Notes under the pieces: generated by a model
What the model was told of the DNA's origin: nothing
Database searches by the model: none
The model's input: the letters and a program-made list of their open reading frames with translations, nothing else
Part shown: positions 19,452 to 30,024 of the stretch, one piece after another
How positions within the stretch are numbered: position 1 is the stretch's first letter
How the letters are laid out: each line of letters opens with the position of its first letter
Translations under genes and position numbers: made by a program
Source of the DNA: Ovoidimarina sediminis
Lineage (GTDB): Bacteria > Pseudomonadota > Alphaproteobacteria > Rhodobacterales > Rhodobacteraceae
Direction: 5' to 3'
Length of the DNA stretch: 32,000 nucleotides
Assembly (NCBI RefSeq): GCF_032586175.1
Contig: NZ_JAWHTE010000015.1
Span: forward strand, 7,247 to 39,246

Positions 19452-20324
19452 ATGGCGCTCCCTGAGTTCACCATGCGTCAGCTTCTGGAAGCTGGCGTAC
19501 ACTTCGGTCACCAGACCCAACGCTGGAACCCCCGCATGGGCGAGTTCATCTATGGCGACCGCAACGGCATTCACATCATCGACCTGACGCAGACCGTCCC
19601 GATGCTCGACGCGGCACTGAACGCCGTGCGCGAGACCGTCGCCAAGGGCGGCCGCATCCTCTTCGTCGGCACCAAGCGGCAGGCGCAGAAGCCGATCGCG
19701 GAAGCGGCGGAAAAATGCGCGCAGTACTACATGAACCACCGCTGGCTCGGCGGCACGCTGACCAACTGGAAAACCGTGTCGCAGTCGATCAATCGCCTGA
19801 AGGCGATCGACGAGCGTATGGCGGAAGGCGCCGAAGGCCTGACGAAGAAAGAGCGTCTGGGCATGGAGCGCGAGCAGCAGAAACTGCAGGCCTCGCTCGG
19901 CGGGATCCGCGAAATGGGCGGCGTGCCGGATCTGCTCTTTGTCATCGACGTGAACAAGGAAGATCTCGCCATCGCCGAAGCCAGGAAGCTGGGCATCCCG
20001 GTGGTGGCCGTGGTCGACACGAACTGTTCGCCCGAAGGCGTGGATTTCATCATTCCCGGCAATGACGACGCCGCCCGCGCGATCGCACTTTACTGCGATC
20101 TGGCGAGCCGCGCCGCGCTTGACGGGATGAGCGCGCAGCTTGGCGCCGCCGGCGTCGATGTCGGTGCGCTGGAAGAGGCCGTCGAGGAAGAAGTCGTGGC
20201 CGAGGCTGAACCCGTCGCCGAAACCCCGGCGAACGCGGAAGAGACTGTCGAGGTTTCTGACGAGGCCGTGGCGGACGATACGGTCGCCAAGGACGCGCCC
20301 TACGAGCTTGAGAACAAAGAGTAG
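19452..20324 (+). CDS. rpsB: 30S ribosomal protein S2
   Basis: [22 protein letters not shown]...IHIIDL is canonical S2, and AAGGAA precedes the ATG. It carries an acidic C-terminal extension. Confidence 0.95.
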   Translation: MALPEFTMRQLLEAGVHFGHQTQRWNPRMGEFIYGDRNGIHIIDLTQTVPMLDAALNAVRETVAKGGRILFVGTKRQAQKPIAEAAEKCAQYYMNHRWLGGTLTNWKTVSQSINRLKAIDERMAEGAEGLTKKERLGMEREQQKLQASLGGIREMGGVPDLLFVIDVNKEDLAIAEARKLGIPVVAVVDTNCSPEGVDFIIPGNDDAARAIALYCDLASRAALDGMSAQLGAAGVDVGALEEAVEEEVVAEAEPVAETPANAEETVEVSDEAVADDTVAKDAPYELENKE

Positions 20325-20393
20325 TATCGGTGTTCCGCCGGGATTACCCCGGCGGGCCCGAGAGGCAAATCACGGATAGATAGGAGACGAGAG

Positions 20394-21269
20394 ATGGCTA
20401 TCACCGCCGCACTCGTGAAAGAGCTCCGCGACAAGACCGGCGCGGGCATGATGGACGCCAAGAAGGCGCTCGTGGAAACCGACGGCGACATGGAAGCCGC
20501 GGTCGACTGGCTGCGCACGAAGGGCCTTGCGAAAGCCGCGAAGAAATCGGGCCGCACCGCCGCTGAGGGCCTCGTCGCCGTTCAGGTGGACGGTGGCACG
20601 GGCGTCGCCGTCGAGGTCAACTCGGAAACCGACTTCGTGGCCCGGAATGCCGAGTTCCAGGAAATGGTCGCTAGCATTGCGGACATCGCGACTGGCGTCG
20701 ACAGCGTCGAGGCGCTTCTGGCCGCCGATATGGGCGGCAAGTCGGTGCAGGACACGCTGACCGACAAGGTTGCGACGATCGGCGAGAACATGTCGGTCCG
20801 CCGGATCGTCAAGGTTACGGGCCAGAACGTCGTGTCCTACGTCCACAATGCCGCGACGACCGGCATGGGCCAGATCGGGGTTCTCGTGGCCTTCACCGGC
20901 GACGATGCGGCCACGGCACGCCAGGTGGCGATGCATGTCGCGGCGACAAGTCCGGCCTCGCTGAACGAAGCCGATCTTGACCCCTCCGTGGTCGAGAAGG
21001 AGCGCGCGGTTCAGATGGATATCGCCCGCGAAAGCGGCAAGCCCGAAGCGGTGATCGAGAAGATGATCGAAGGCCGGATGAAGAAGTTCCTTTCCGAGGT
21101 CACGCTTCTCAACCAGCAATTCGTGGTCAACCCCGACGTAACCGTCGGCGCCGCCGCGAAGGAGGCCGGGATCGAGATCACGGGCTTTGCCCGGGTCGAG
21201 GTCGGCGAAGGCATCGAGAAAGTCGAGGAAGACTTCGCGGCTGAGGTGGCGAAGGCCGCCCAGGGCTGA
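20394..21269 (+). CDS. tsf: Translation elongation factor Ts
   Basis: [24 protein letters not shown] is a canonical EF-Ts N-terminus, in the conserved rpsB-tsf order. Confidence 0.95.
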   Translation: MAITAALVKELRDKTGAGMMDAKKALVETDGDMEAAVDWLRTKGLAKAAKKSGRTAAEGLVAVQVDGGTGVAVEVNSETDFVARNAEFQEMVASIADIATGVDSVEALLAADMGGKSVQDTLTDKVATIGENMSVRRIVKVTGQNVVSYVHNAATTGMGQIGVLVAFTGDDAATARQVAMHVAATSPASLNEADLDPSVVEKERAVQMDIARESGKPEAVIEKMIEGRMKKFLSEVTLLNQQFVVNPDVTVGAAAKEAGIEITGFARVEVGEGIEKVEEDFAAEVAKAAQG

Positions 21270-21299
21270 TCGCCCCACTTTCGAACCAGATCTGGAAAG

Positions 21300-21330
21300 C
21301 GCCCGCTGCCTGTGCGGGCGTTTTTCGTTT
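21300..21330 (+). terminator. Rho-independent terminator of rpsB-tsf (likely bidirectional, also serving the convergent small ORF)
   Basis: Stem CGCCCGC (21300-21306) pairs with GCGGGCG (21314-21320) around a 7-nt loop, followed by TTTTTCGTTT. On the minus strand the same hairpin is followed by CTTTCC. Confidence 0.7.
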
Positions 21331-21338
21331 AGGCCCGG

Positions 21339-21518
21339 TCAGGAGGTGAATGTGATGCGCGGACGCTCCCGCGCCTCGGGCTCCGAAGGCTCCGGCACAA
21401 GGCCGAACTCCGCCTCGTCGATCATCTGACCCGTTCGTATCGCCTTCAGCAGCGCCTCGCTGTAGCGGTTGGGGAATTCGCGTTTCCTGGAGGTCTGAAC
21501 GGGGATATGTGGGGCCAT
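21339..21518 (-). CDS. Hypothetical 59-aa protein (MAPHIPVQTSRKREFPNRYSEALLKAIRTGQMIDEAEFGLVPEPSEPEARERPRITFTS)
   Basis: About 79% GC3, with AGGA 9 nt upstream of ATG 21518. A TTAA-N7-TTAA box lies upstream and a terminator hairpin downstream. No family recognised. The tracked 84-aa version would start at GTG 21593, overlapping the RND stop. Confidence 0.4.
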   Translation of the reverse strand: MAPHIPVQTSRKREFPNRYSEALLKAIRTGQMIDEAEFGLVPEPSEPEARERPRITFTS

Positions 21519-21568
21519 GGCGTGGGATCCTGAGGGGCAGGGGGCCTCGCCAGTGTTCACCCGATGCG

Positions 21569-21583
21569 TTAACGGCCCGTTAA
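21569..21583. promoter_or_regulatory. Perfect CtrA-type box TTAA-N7-TTAA, embedded in the 17-bp palindrome GTTAACGG-C-CCGTTAAC
   Basis: TTAA at 21569-21572, 7-nt spacer CGGCCCG, TTAA at 21580-21583, followed by C. It matches the published CtrA consensus TTAA-N7-TTAAC on both strands. My by-eye scan of the window for TTAA tetramers found no other full site. Confidence 0.5.
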
Positions 21584-21589
21584 CCTCAC

Positions 21590-24500
21590 TCACTCCGCCG
21601 CCAGACGCGGGAAGGGCGCGGGGATCGGCGACACCTCCGGCGCCGGCGCCGCCTCCCGACGCCGCAGCAGCGCGAACATCTGCGGCGTGAAGAAGAAGCT
21701 CACCACCGTTGACAGGAACACGCCACCCGCCACCGACATCGCAAACGGCGGCCAGAACCCGCCCCCGGCGAGGATCAGGGGCAGAAAGCCGCCCGCCGTC
21801 GTCAGCGTGGTCGACAGGATGTGCCGGCTCGATCCCGTCACAACCTCCGCCATCGCCTCGGTATCGCCCGCCCGCGCGGCCGGGCTGGCCTGCAACCCGG
21901 TCAGGATGATGATGGCGGCGTTGATCGACACACCGATCGACCCGATCACCCCGATGATCGCCGTGATCCCGAACGGGTACTGGAAGACCGCAAGCGCCAG
22001 GATCGACAGCCCCGCCGAAAGCACCGCGACCACGAAGGTGATGGCCGAGAGGCGGAAGGAATTGAAGCTGAGAACGACTGTGGCGATCGACAGGGTGACG
22101 ATCAGCCCCAGCGGGGCCAGAAGGTTCCCCACGACGTCCGAACGCGCATCGGAATCCCCGCCGATTTCCAGCGTGTAGCCGTTGGGTAGGGCGAAGCCGC
22201 TTGCCTCCAGCGCCTCACGCGCATCGGCCAGCGCTTCTTGCGGCAGGATATCGGGCTGAAGAAAGGCCTGAACGGTGTTCACCCGCTGCCCGTCACGCCG
22301 CTGGATCGCGCTTTCGGACGGGACGAGGCGGATATCGGCGATGGCGGCCAGAGGCACGCCCGGCTGCACGCCGGCTACGGCCTGGGCGCGGGCATCTGCG
22401 GGCAGGATGCGCAACGTGCCGATCCGCGCAGCATCGGCCCGGATCCCGGCGCCATACCGCACGCGGATGGCAAGCTCTTCCCCGGCCTCGATAAGCGAAC
22501 CGCCTACCGCCCCGTCAAGCCCGGCCTGAAGCTGACGCGCGACACCGGCAAGGTCGAGCCCGGCCAGCCGCGCCGCCGCCTCGTCGATATCCACGGCCAG
22601 CTTCGGTGCCCCGCCTTCGAGATCGGCGCGCACGATCGTGACCGCGGGCCGGGCAAGCAGAACGGTGCGGATCTCTTCCCCAAGCGCGCGCAGCGTCGTG
22701 AGGTCGGGGCCCACCACGCGCAATTCCAGCGGCGCATCGACGGGCGGGCCTTGCACAAGGCCGCGCACCAGGATGCGCGCGCCGGGCCAGCTCGCGTCAA
22801 GCTCTGCCTGCAGGGGCGACAGAAGCGCGGCGGTCGTGTCGGGATCCGCCGTCGTGACAAGCGCATGGGCATAGTCCGGCGCCCGGTCGCGATTTCCCAC
22901 GATGTTGTAGTAGAAGGCGGGAGCGCTCTTGCCGATCACCCAGTTGACGCTGGTGATCCCGGGGGTGGCGGCCAGATGTGCGTCGATCTCGCGCGCCGTG
23001 GCAAGGGTGCGGTCGATCCCCGTGCCCGGCCGAAGCTCCACCTCGATGTGAAACTGGTCGCGGTCGACACCGGGAAAGAACTGGGCGGTAAGCGTGGGGA
23101 AGCTCATGAACCCCATGACAGGCAGCACAAGCGCGAAGGCCACGGATTTCACGGGGTTGCGCAGCGTCCAGGCGATCAGCCCGTGAAAGCCCCGCGGCAG
23201 CGCCGGAATCGCAAGGCCGGAGCGCTGGCCTGCACCGGGCAGAAACCAGCCCGCGATGGCGGGCGTCAACGTGATCGCCACGAGGAAAGACCAGACGAGC
23301 ATCAGCACAACGGCAATGGCGATCGCGCCAACAAAATCGCCCGCAGGCCCCGGCAGAAGGATCATCGGCACGAAGGACAGGGCCGTGGTGACGGTCGAGG
23401 CCAGAAGCGGCACGGTCAGCCGACGCACGGCCTCGCCCACCGCAGCCAGCCGCTCCATCCCCCGGGCAAGGCGCTGGCGGATCTCGTCGGTCATCACGAT
23501 TGCGGCGTCGACAAGAAGGCCCAGCGCCACGATCAGCCCGGTGACGGACATCTGGTGGATCGGAAGGCCGATGAAGTTCATCGTGGCAAGCGTGGCCAGG
23601 GAAACGATGGGCAGAACGAAGGCCACGATCAACGCCGCGCGCACACCAAGCGTCACCAGAAGCACCCCGACGACAAGCGCCACGCCGATCCCCATGTTCA
23701 TCGCAACCTCCGCCAGGCGGTCGGCGGTGTAACCGCTCTGGTCGAAGACCTGCACAAGCTCGAGCGAGGCGGGAAGTTCGGCGCGGATCGCGGCCAGATC
23801 TTCCTCAAGCCAGCCCTGCCACTGATCGATCCGCAGCCCGTCGTTGATCGTCAGCGAAATCAGGATCGCCGGTTTGCCGTCCGACAGGGCATGCGCTTCC
23901 GCCGGGGCCCGCGGCCCGCGGGTGATCTCGGCGATATCGCCGAGCCGCGTAACGGTACCGCTGCCGTTTTCGGCCACGACAATGCGGGCGACACGTTCGG
24001 TCGCCTCGATATCGCCTTCGACATCAAGAAGAAGATCGCTCCCGCCGCCGAAAAGCCGGCCCGATTGCACCTTGGCGTCCGCCGCCGTGATGGCCGCCGA
24101 AACGGCATCTGGCGTGAGGCCGAGCGCGGCGGCGGCATCGGCATCAAGGCGGACAAGCACCTCTTCCTCCGGTTCGCCGAACATCTTGACGGTCTTCGTG
24201 CCCGCAAGCGTGCGTAGCCGTTCCGCCGCCTCTTCCGCGTAGCGCGCCATGACGGTGGGCGAGGCGGCCTCGCCCGATGGCCGAAGGGCCAGGATCGCGG
24301 CGGCGGCCCCGAAGCTGTCGCTGTCGAATTCGGGCGTCAGCACACCCGCGGGAAAGTCGCGTTCCGCATCGGCAATCTTGTCGCGCGCCTCCGACCAGAT
24401 CCCTTCGATCACCCGGGGGTCGACGGTTTCGATCAGCTCCAGCGAGATCACCGAAACGCCGGTAGCCGAGGTGCTTTCAATCACGCTGATCTCGGGGATC

Positions 24501-24712
24501 TCGCGCAATTCCTCCTCAAGCGGGCGGGTCACGAGCGATTCCACGCGGTCCGGGCTCGCACCGGGATAGGGCGTGGTGATCACCGCGTTGATATTGGTGA
24601 TCGTCGGGTCCTCCTGCCGCCCGAGCGCGAAGAAGGCCGAAAGCCCGCCGGCCACGATCACGAGAAGGGCCAGCGCCACGATGCGCGGTTCGCGAAAGGT
24701 AAGCGTGTCCAT
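21590..24712 (-). CDS. RND efflux transporter permease (AcrB/AcrD/AcrF family)
   Basis: 1040 aa with 12-TM-type topology, two large periplasmic loops and typical RND sequence. It starts 5 nt after the adaptor gene. Confidence 0.9.
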   Translation of the reverse strand: MDTLTFREPRIVALALLVIVAGGLSAFFALGRQEDPTITNINAVITTPYPGASPDRVESLVTRPLEEELREIPEISVIESTSATGVSVISLELIETVDPRVIEGIWSEARDKIADAERDFPAGVLTPEFDSDSFGAAAAILALRPSGEAASPTVMARYAEEAAERLRTLAGTKTVKMFGEPEEEVLVRLDADAAAALGLTPDAVSAAITAADAKVQSGRLFGGGSDLLLDVEGDIEATERVARIVVAENGSGTVTRLGDIAEITRGPRAPAEAHALSDGKPAILISLTINDGLRIDQWQGWLEEDLAAIRAELPASLELVQVFDQSGYTADRLAEVAMNMGIGVALVVGVLLVTLGVRAALIVAFVLPIVSLATLATMNFIGLPIHQMSVTGLIVALGLLVDAAIVMTDEIRQRLARGMERLAAVGEAVRRLTVPLLASTVTTALSFVPMILLPGPAGDFVGAIAIAVVLMLVWSFLVAITLTPAIAGWFLPGAGQRSGLAIPALPRGFHGLIAWTLRNPVKSVAFALVLPVMGFMSFPTLTAQFFPGVDRDQFHIEVELRPGTGIDRTLATAREIDAHLAATPGITSVNWVIGKSAPAFYYNIVGNRDRAPDYAHALVTTADPDTTAALLSPLQAELDASWPGARILVRGLVQGPPVDAPLELRVVGPDLTTLRALGEEIRTVLLARPAVTIVRADLEGGAPKLAVDIDEAAARLAGLDLAGVARQLQAGLDGAVGGSLIEAGEELAIRVRYGAGIRADAARIGTLRILPADARAQAVAGVQPGVPLAAIADIRLVPSESAIQRRDGQRVNTVQAFLQPDILPQEALADAREALEASGFALPNGYTLEIGGDSDARSDVVGNLLAPLGLIVTLSIATVVLSFNSFRLSAITFVVAVLSAGLSILALAVFQYPFGITAIIGVIGSIGVSINAAIIILTGLQASPAARAGDTEAMAEVVTGSSRHILSTTLTTAGGFLPLILAGGGFWPPFAMSVAGGVFLSTVVSFFFTPQMFALLRRREAAPAPEVSPIPAPFPRLAAE

Positions 24713-24717
24713 GGCGA

Positions 24718-25872
24718 TCAGCTTTCGGGGGACGGGGCGATGCGCTGCCCGTCGGCCACGCGGTGCGGGCCTTCAGCGACGATCTGCACGCCATCGGGCA
24801 GGGCGCCCCGCACGAAGGCGCGGTCGCCGTCGAGGTGGATCAGTTCCACCGCCTCGCGGCGGGCGACGGGGCCTGCGCCGGTGTCGTCGACGAGGTACAG
24901 CGTCCAGAGCCCGCGAATGCCCTCGCCAAGCGCGGCGGTTGCGACCCAGCCGCCGGTTCCCGCAACCTCGCGGGTCAGGGTAATGTGGCCGAGCGCCCCA
25001 TCGGCGGCCTGGGCCCCCTCGGGCAGCGCAAGAAGGACGTCGCGGGTGCGGGTGACCGGGTCGATATCGTCGCGAAGGCGTTCGACCGTGGCCGCATGTG
25101 TGATCCCGCCGATCTCGATCTCAAGCGCGTCACCAGGGGCAATCTGCGCGGCCACCTCTGCCGGAAGACCGGCGCGGAAGCGCGGCGCGGCGGCCTCGAA
25201 AAGGTCGATCACCGGCGCACCGCCCGCCACACGCGCGCCCACATCTGCGCGGCGCGCGCCCACAACGGCATCGAACGGCGCCCGGATCACTGCCTTGTCG
25301 AGCGCGATCTCGATCGAGGTGATCGTGGCCTCGGCGGCGCGTACCTCTGCCTCGAGCCCCGCCACCGCAAGCCGCGCCTCGTCATAGCGCTGGCGCGACA
25401 CGTGGTTGCCGTCAAGAAGCGCCTTCTGCCGGTCCGCCGTCAGCTCTGCCAGATCGCGCCGGGCGGCGAGCGCATCGCGCGCCGCAACGCGGGCGGCAAG
25501 ATCGGCCTCGAGCGCGCGGGTATCGAGCCGGGCGACGACTGCGCCCTCCGCCACCCTGTCGCCCTCGTCGAGCGGAAGCGCCGCGATGGTACCGCCCTGT
25601 TCGAAGCCGATGGCCGTCCTCTGCCGCGCCTCGACACGTCCCGAATACTCTGTCCGGATTGTGTAGCTGTCGGCCAGAACAAGGGACGCGGTGGTCACCG
25701 GCAGAGGCGGCGCGGCGGCGACCGTGGGGGCGAGATCGGCGCGAGCCGCAAGCGTGCCGGCCCCCGAATAGGCCAGCGCACCGGCAATCGCGACGGCAGA
25801 AGTGGTGCCGATCAGAATGGCCGCGCGGCGCGCCACGCGGAACAAGAGGCTATGGGAAGATGTGTCGGTCAT
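24718..25872 (-). CDS. RND efflux periplasmic adaptor subunit (MFP/HlyD family)
   Basis: N-terminal anchor, a coiled-coil-like Ala/Arg-rich hairpin region, and beta-barrel-type C-terminal sequence. It sits directly upstream of the RND permease. Confidence 0.85.
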   Translation of the reverse strand: MTDTSSHSLLFRVARRAAILIGTTSAVAIAGALAYSGAGTLAARADLAPTVAAAPPLPVTTASLVLADSYTIRTEYSGRVEARQRTAIGFEQGGTIAALPLDEGDRVAEGAVVARLDTRALEADLAARVAARDALAARRDLAELTADRQKALLDGNHVSRQRYDEARLAVAGLEAEVRAAEATITSIEIALDKAVIRAPFDAVVGARRADVGARVAGGAPVIDLFEAAAPRFRAGLPAEVAAQIAPGDALEIEIGGITHAATVERLRDDIDPVTRTRDVLLALPEGAQAADGALGHITLTREVAGTGGWVATAALGEGIRGLWTLYLVDDTGAGPVARREAVELIHLDGDRAFVRGALPDGVQIVAEGPHRVADGQRIAPSPES

Positions 25873-26051
25873 GAAGCGGCCCGATCTGCAAGGAGAAGCA
25901 GGGAAACCCCGGTCTGGCCCGCCGCGCCGCCAAGAGAGGAAGGGGACGCGGCGCGGCAGGCCAGAGGCGACGTTTCGGCCACAGGCTGGGGGAGCCTTGG
26001 CCTGAGGGCATCTGAATGTGGGTTGGCATTCATGGTCCCGTCGCCTATATG

Positions 26052-26084
26052 GTTAGTGGTGCTAACTTAGTTAGAGGCTCTAAC
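26052..26084. promoter_or_regulatory. Tandem palindromic operator, probable TetR binding sites: GTTAG-N5-CTAAC, 3-nt gap, GTTAGAG-G-CTCTAAC
   Basis: Two 15-bp palindromes at 26052-26066 and 26070-26084, verified base by base. They lie in the divergent region between the tetR gene and the efflux operon, in a locally AT-richer patch. Confidence 0.55.
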
Positions 26085-26132
26085 TTCGGGGGTCAAGACA
26101 AAGGAAGCGTTTTTCCGTAATCAGGGGTCGCA

Positions 26133-26738
26133 ATGAACGACGTGACGGCCAAAACCCGCTATCACCACGGTGATCTGCGCCAGCAGCTCATCACTGCAAC
26201 CCGTGCGCTCGTGGAAGAGAAGGGGCCCGACGGCTTCTCGGTGTCCGAGGCGTGCCGGGCGGCCGGGGTGTCGACGGCGGCCCCCTACAAGCATTTCCAG
26301 GACCGGACCGAAATCCTTCAGGCCGTGGCGATGGAAGGGTTCGGGGAAATGACGGAGGCCTTTCACCTGGCCCTGAAGGACAAGCCTGAGGGCTCTCTCG
26401 CGGCAATCGCCGCCATCGGCATCGCCTATGTCCGTTTCGCCGAGGCGAACCCCGAAGTCTTCCGCATGATGTTTGCCTTCAAGGACAAGACCGAGGCGAT
26501 GGAAGCCTCGGGCATGGGCTGCTACGGCGTCCTCCTCGGGCAGATCGCTGCCTATCTCGGGCAGGACGAGATCGACGAAGCCGTTCTGGCCCTCGGCTTC
26601 CCGCTCTGGACGTTCGTGCACGGGCTCTCGTTCCTGTCGATCGACGGGAAATGCGAGACCGGCAAAGCGGTGCTCACCATGGAAGAGATGGTGGTGGAGG
26701 CGACGCGCCGGCTTCTGAGCGAGGCGCGCCCCGCCTGA
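26133..26738 (+). CDS. TetR/AcrR family transcriptional regulator
   Basis: N-terminal HTH (FSVSEACRAAGVSTAAPYKHFQDR). It is divergent from the RND operon, and AGGGG precedes the ATG. Confidence 0.9.
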   Translation: MNDVTAKTRYHHGDLRQQLITATRALVEEKGPDGFSVSEACRAAGVSTAAPYKHFQDRTEILQAVAMEGFGEMTEAFHLALKDKPEGSLAAIAAIGIAYVRFAEANPEVFRMMFAFKDKTEAMEASGMGCYGVLLGQIAAYLGQDEIDEAVLALGFPLWTFVHGLSFLSIDGKCETGKAVLTMEEMVVEATRRLLSEARPA

Positions 26739-28229
<1,491 letters not shown>

Positions 28230-28300
28230 GAAGTGCCTCCCTGTCGCCGGGGCGGTTCACGCCCGCGCGCCGTCCCGAAGTGTTCCTTGTCGTTTGTTGC

Positions 28301-29902
28301 CTATCCGGCCGCCGCCGTCACCCGGGTTTTTGAGCGTTCGGCCTGCATCCAGTCATCAAGCGCAGCGATCTCCCCGGCGGTCATCCGCAGCCCGAGTTTG
28401 GAGCGCCGCCAGAGGATGTCAGCGGCATGAAGCGCGTATTCGCGGGCCATGAGCCACCGCACCTCGGCCTCGGTCAGGGTGCCCCCGAAGGCCTGACCCA
28501 GGTCTTCAGCCGATGTGGCGCCGCCCAGAATGTCGCGCGCTTCGGTGCCATAGGCGCGCACGAGGCGGCGGGCCCAGCGGGTGTCGAGGAAAGAATAATC
28601 CCGCTCGAGCCCCGCGATCAGATCGGCCACGCCCGAAACCGGAAAATCGCCGCCCGGAAGCGGAACACCTGCCGTCCACGCCCCCTTCGTTCCGGGGAAG
28701 TGGTGCAGGAACTTCTCCACCGATTGCTCGGCCAGCTTGCGATGGGTCGTGATCTTGCCGCCGAAGATGTTCAGAACGGGCGGGCCGTCTTCGTCAAGCG
28801 ACAGCACGTAATCCCGTGTCGCCGCCGTGGCCGATTTCGCGCCGTCGTCGTATAGCGGGCGAACGCCCGAGTAGGTCCACACGATATCGTCGCGCGTTAC
28901 CGGTTTCTTGAAATACTGCGAGGCGAAGGCGCAGAGGTAATCCTGCTCCTCCTCGGTCGCGTGCGCGGTCGACGGATCATCGGTATGTTCCTTGTCCGTC
29001 GTGCCGATCAGCGTGAAGTCGGTTTCATAGGGGATCGCGAAGATGATCCGCCCGTCGGTGCCCTGGAAGAAATAGCACTTCTCGTGGTCGAACAGCTTCT
29101 TCGTCACGATATGGCTGCCGCGGACTAGGCGGATGCCTTCGCTGGAATTGAGGCGGATCGCATTGCGGATCACGTCCTCAACCCAGGGGCCGCCGGCGTT
29201 CACCAGCATCTTCGCGCGATAGGTCTGGCGGCTTTTGTCCTCGGTGTTCTCGGTCTCGATCACCCAGTGATCGCCATCGCGTTCGGCAGAGACAACCTTG
29301 GTGCGCGTCAGGATCTGGGCCCCCCGCGCCTCGGCATCCCGCGCGGTCAGGGCCACAAGGCGCGAATCCTCGACCCAGCAATCGGAATACTCGAAGGCCT
29401 TGCGGAACTTGTCGTTGAGCGGCGCCCCCGCCGGATCGCTTGTCAGATCGAGGGTCTTCGTGCCAGGCAGGATCTCGCGCCCGCCCAGGTGATCGTAAAG
29501 GAAAAGCCCGAAGCGGATCATCCAGGCCGGGCGTCGGCCCTTCAGCCAAGGCATGATGGTAGACACGACCCGGCTCGCCGGGGTCGAGGTGTCGAACCGC
29601 ATATCCTTATGAAACGGCAGAACGAAGCGCATCGGCCAGCTGATATGCGGCATCGCCTTCAGAAGCGTTTCGCGTTCCTCCAGTGAATGCCGGACGAGGT
29701 TCACCTCGAAGAATTCAAGATAGCGCAGCCCGCCGTGAAACAGCTTCGTCGAAGCCGAGGACGTGGCGCTTGCAAGATCCGACATCTCCGCCAGCCGTAC
29801 CGAAAGCCCGCGGCCCTGTGCATCGCGGGCAATGGCGACGCCATTGATGCCGCCGCCGATGACGAAGATATCGCTCGTGTCTGTGCTGTCCGCAGAAGTC
29901 AC
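28301..29902 (-). CDS. glpD: Glycerol-3-phosphate dehydrogenase (FAD-dependent)
   Basis: DIFVIGGGINGVAIARDAQGRGLSV is an FAD dinucleotide-binding fold. I place the start at GTG 29902 (MTSADSTD...), with GAAAGGA upstream. The tracked 623-aa ORF extends artefactually into the next gene. Confidence 0.85.
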   Translation of the reverse strand: MTSADSTDTSDIFVIGGGINGVAIARDAQGRGLSVRLAEMSDLASATSSASTKLFHGGLRYLEFFEVNLVRHSLEERETLLKAMPHISWPMRFVLPFHKDMRFDTSTPASRVVSTIMPWLKGRRPAWMIRFGLFLYDHLGGREILPGTKTLDLTSDPAGAPLNDKFRKAFEYSDCWVEDSRLVALTARDAEARGAQILTRTKVVSAERDGDHWVIETENTEDKSRQTYRAKMLVNAGGPWVEDVIRNAIRLNSSEGIRLVRGSHIVTKKLFDHEKCYFFQGTDGRIIFAIPYETDFTLIGTTDKEHTDDPSTAHATEEEQDYLCAFASQYFKKPVTRDDIVWTYSGVRPLYDDGAKSATAATRDYVLSLDEDGPPVLNIFGGKITTHRKLAEQSVEKFLHHFPGTKGAWTAGVPLPGGDFPVSGVADLIAGLERDYSFLDTRWARRLVRAYGTEARDILGGATSAEDLGQAFGGTLTEAEVRWLMAREYALHAADILWRRSKLGLRMTAGEIAALDDWMQAERSKTRVTAAAG

Positions 29903-30024
29903 GCGAAGCCAGTCCTTTCTGTTCTCGCTTCCGGCAAACTTTCCGGTCTGGCGCGGAAGTGTCAACGTGTCATGGGGGCGCTTGCCCCTTGGGAATTCCT
30001 TTCGGGCCGCGGGGCGGGCAGGGG

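Noticed and set aside
21519-21593. GTG 21593 start for the small ORF (84-aa version, GTGA overlap with the RND stop)
   Set aside because: It is possible as translational coupling. However, the extra 25 codons would be read straight through the 17-bp palindrome, and the internal ATG 21518 has its own Shine-Dalgarno. I kept the shorter call, and the start remains uncertain.
22238-24217. 659-aa plus-strand ORF, with several smaller ones between 21687 and 24983
   Set aside because: Antisense to the RND permease. Arg/Gly/Asp/His-rich composition and no domain signature, so these are shadow ORFs.
24763-26070. 435-aa plus-strand ORF
   Set aside because: Antisense to the RND adaptor gene and running into the intergenic region. 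Arg/Gly-rich shadow ORF.
29929-29965. Possible glpD promoter/operator: TTGACA at 29965-29960 on the minus strand, the near-palindrome CCGGAAAGTTTGCCGG, and CTTCCG...CGGAAG
   Set aside because: The -10 element is poor, the repeats are short and imperfect, and there is no resemblance to the GlpR operator consensus I remember. This is not enough support for a feature call.
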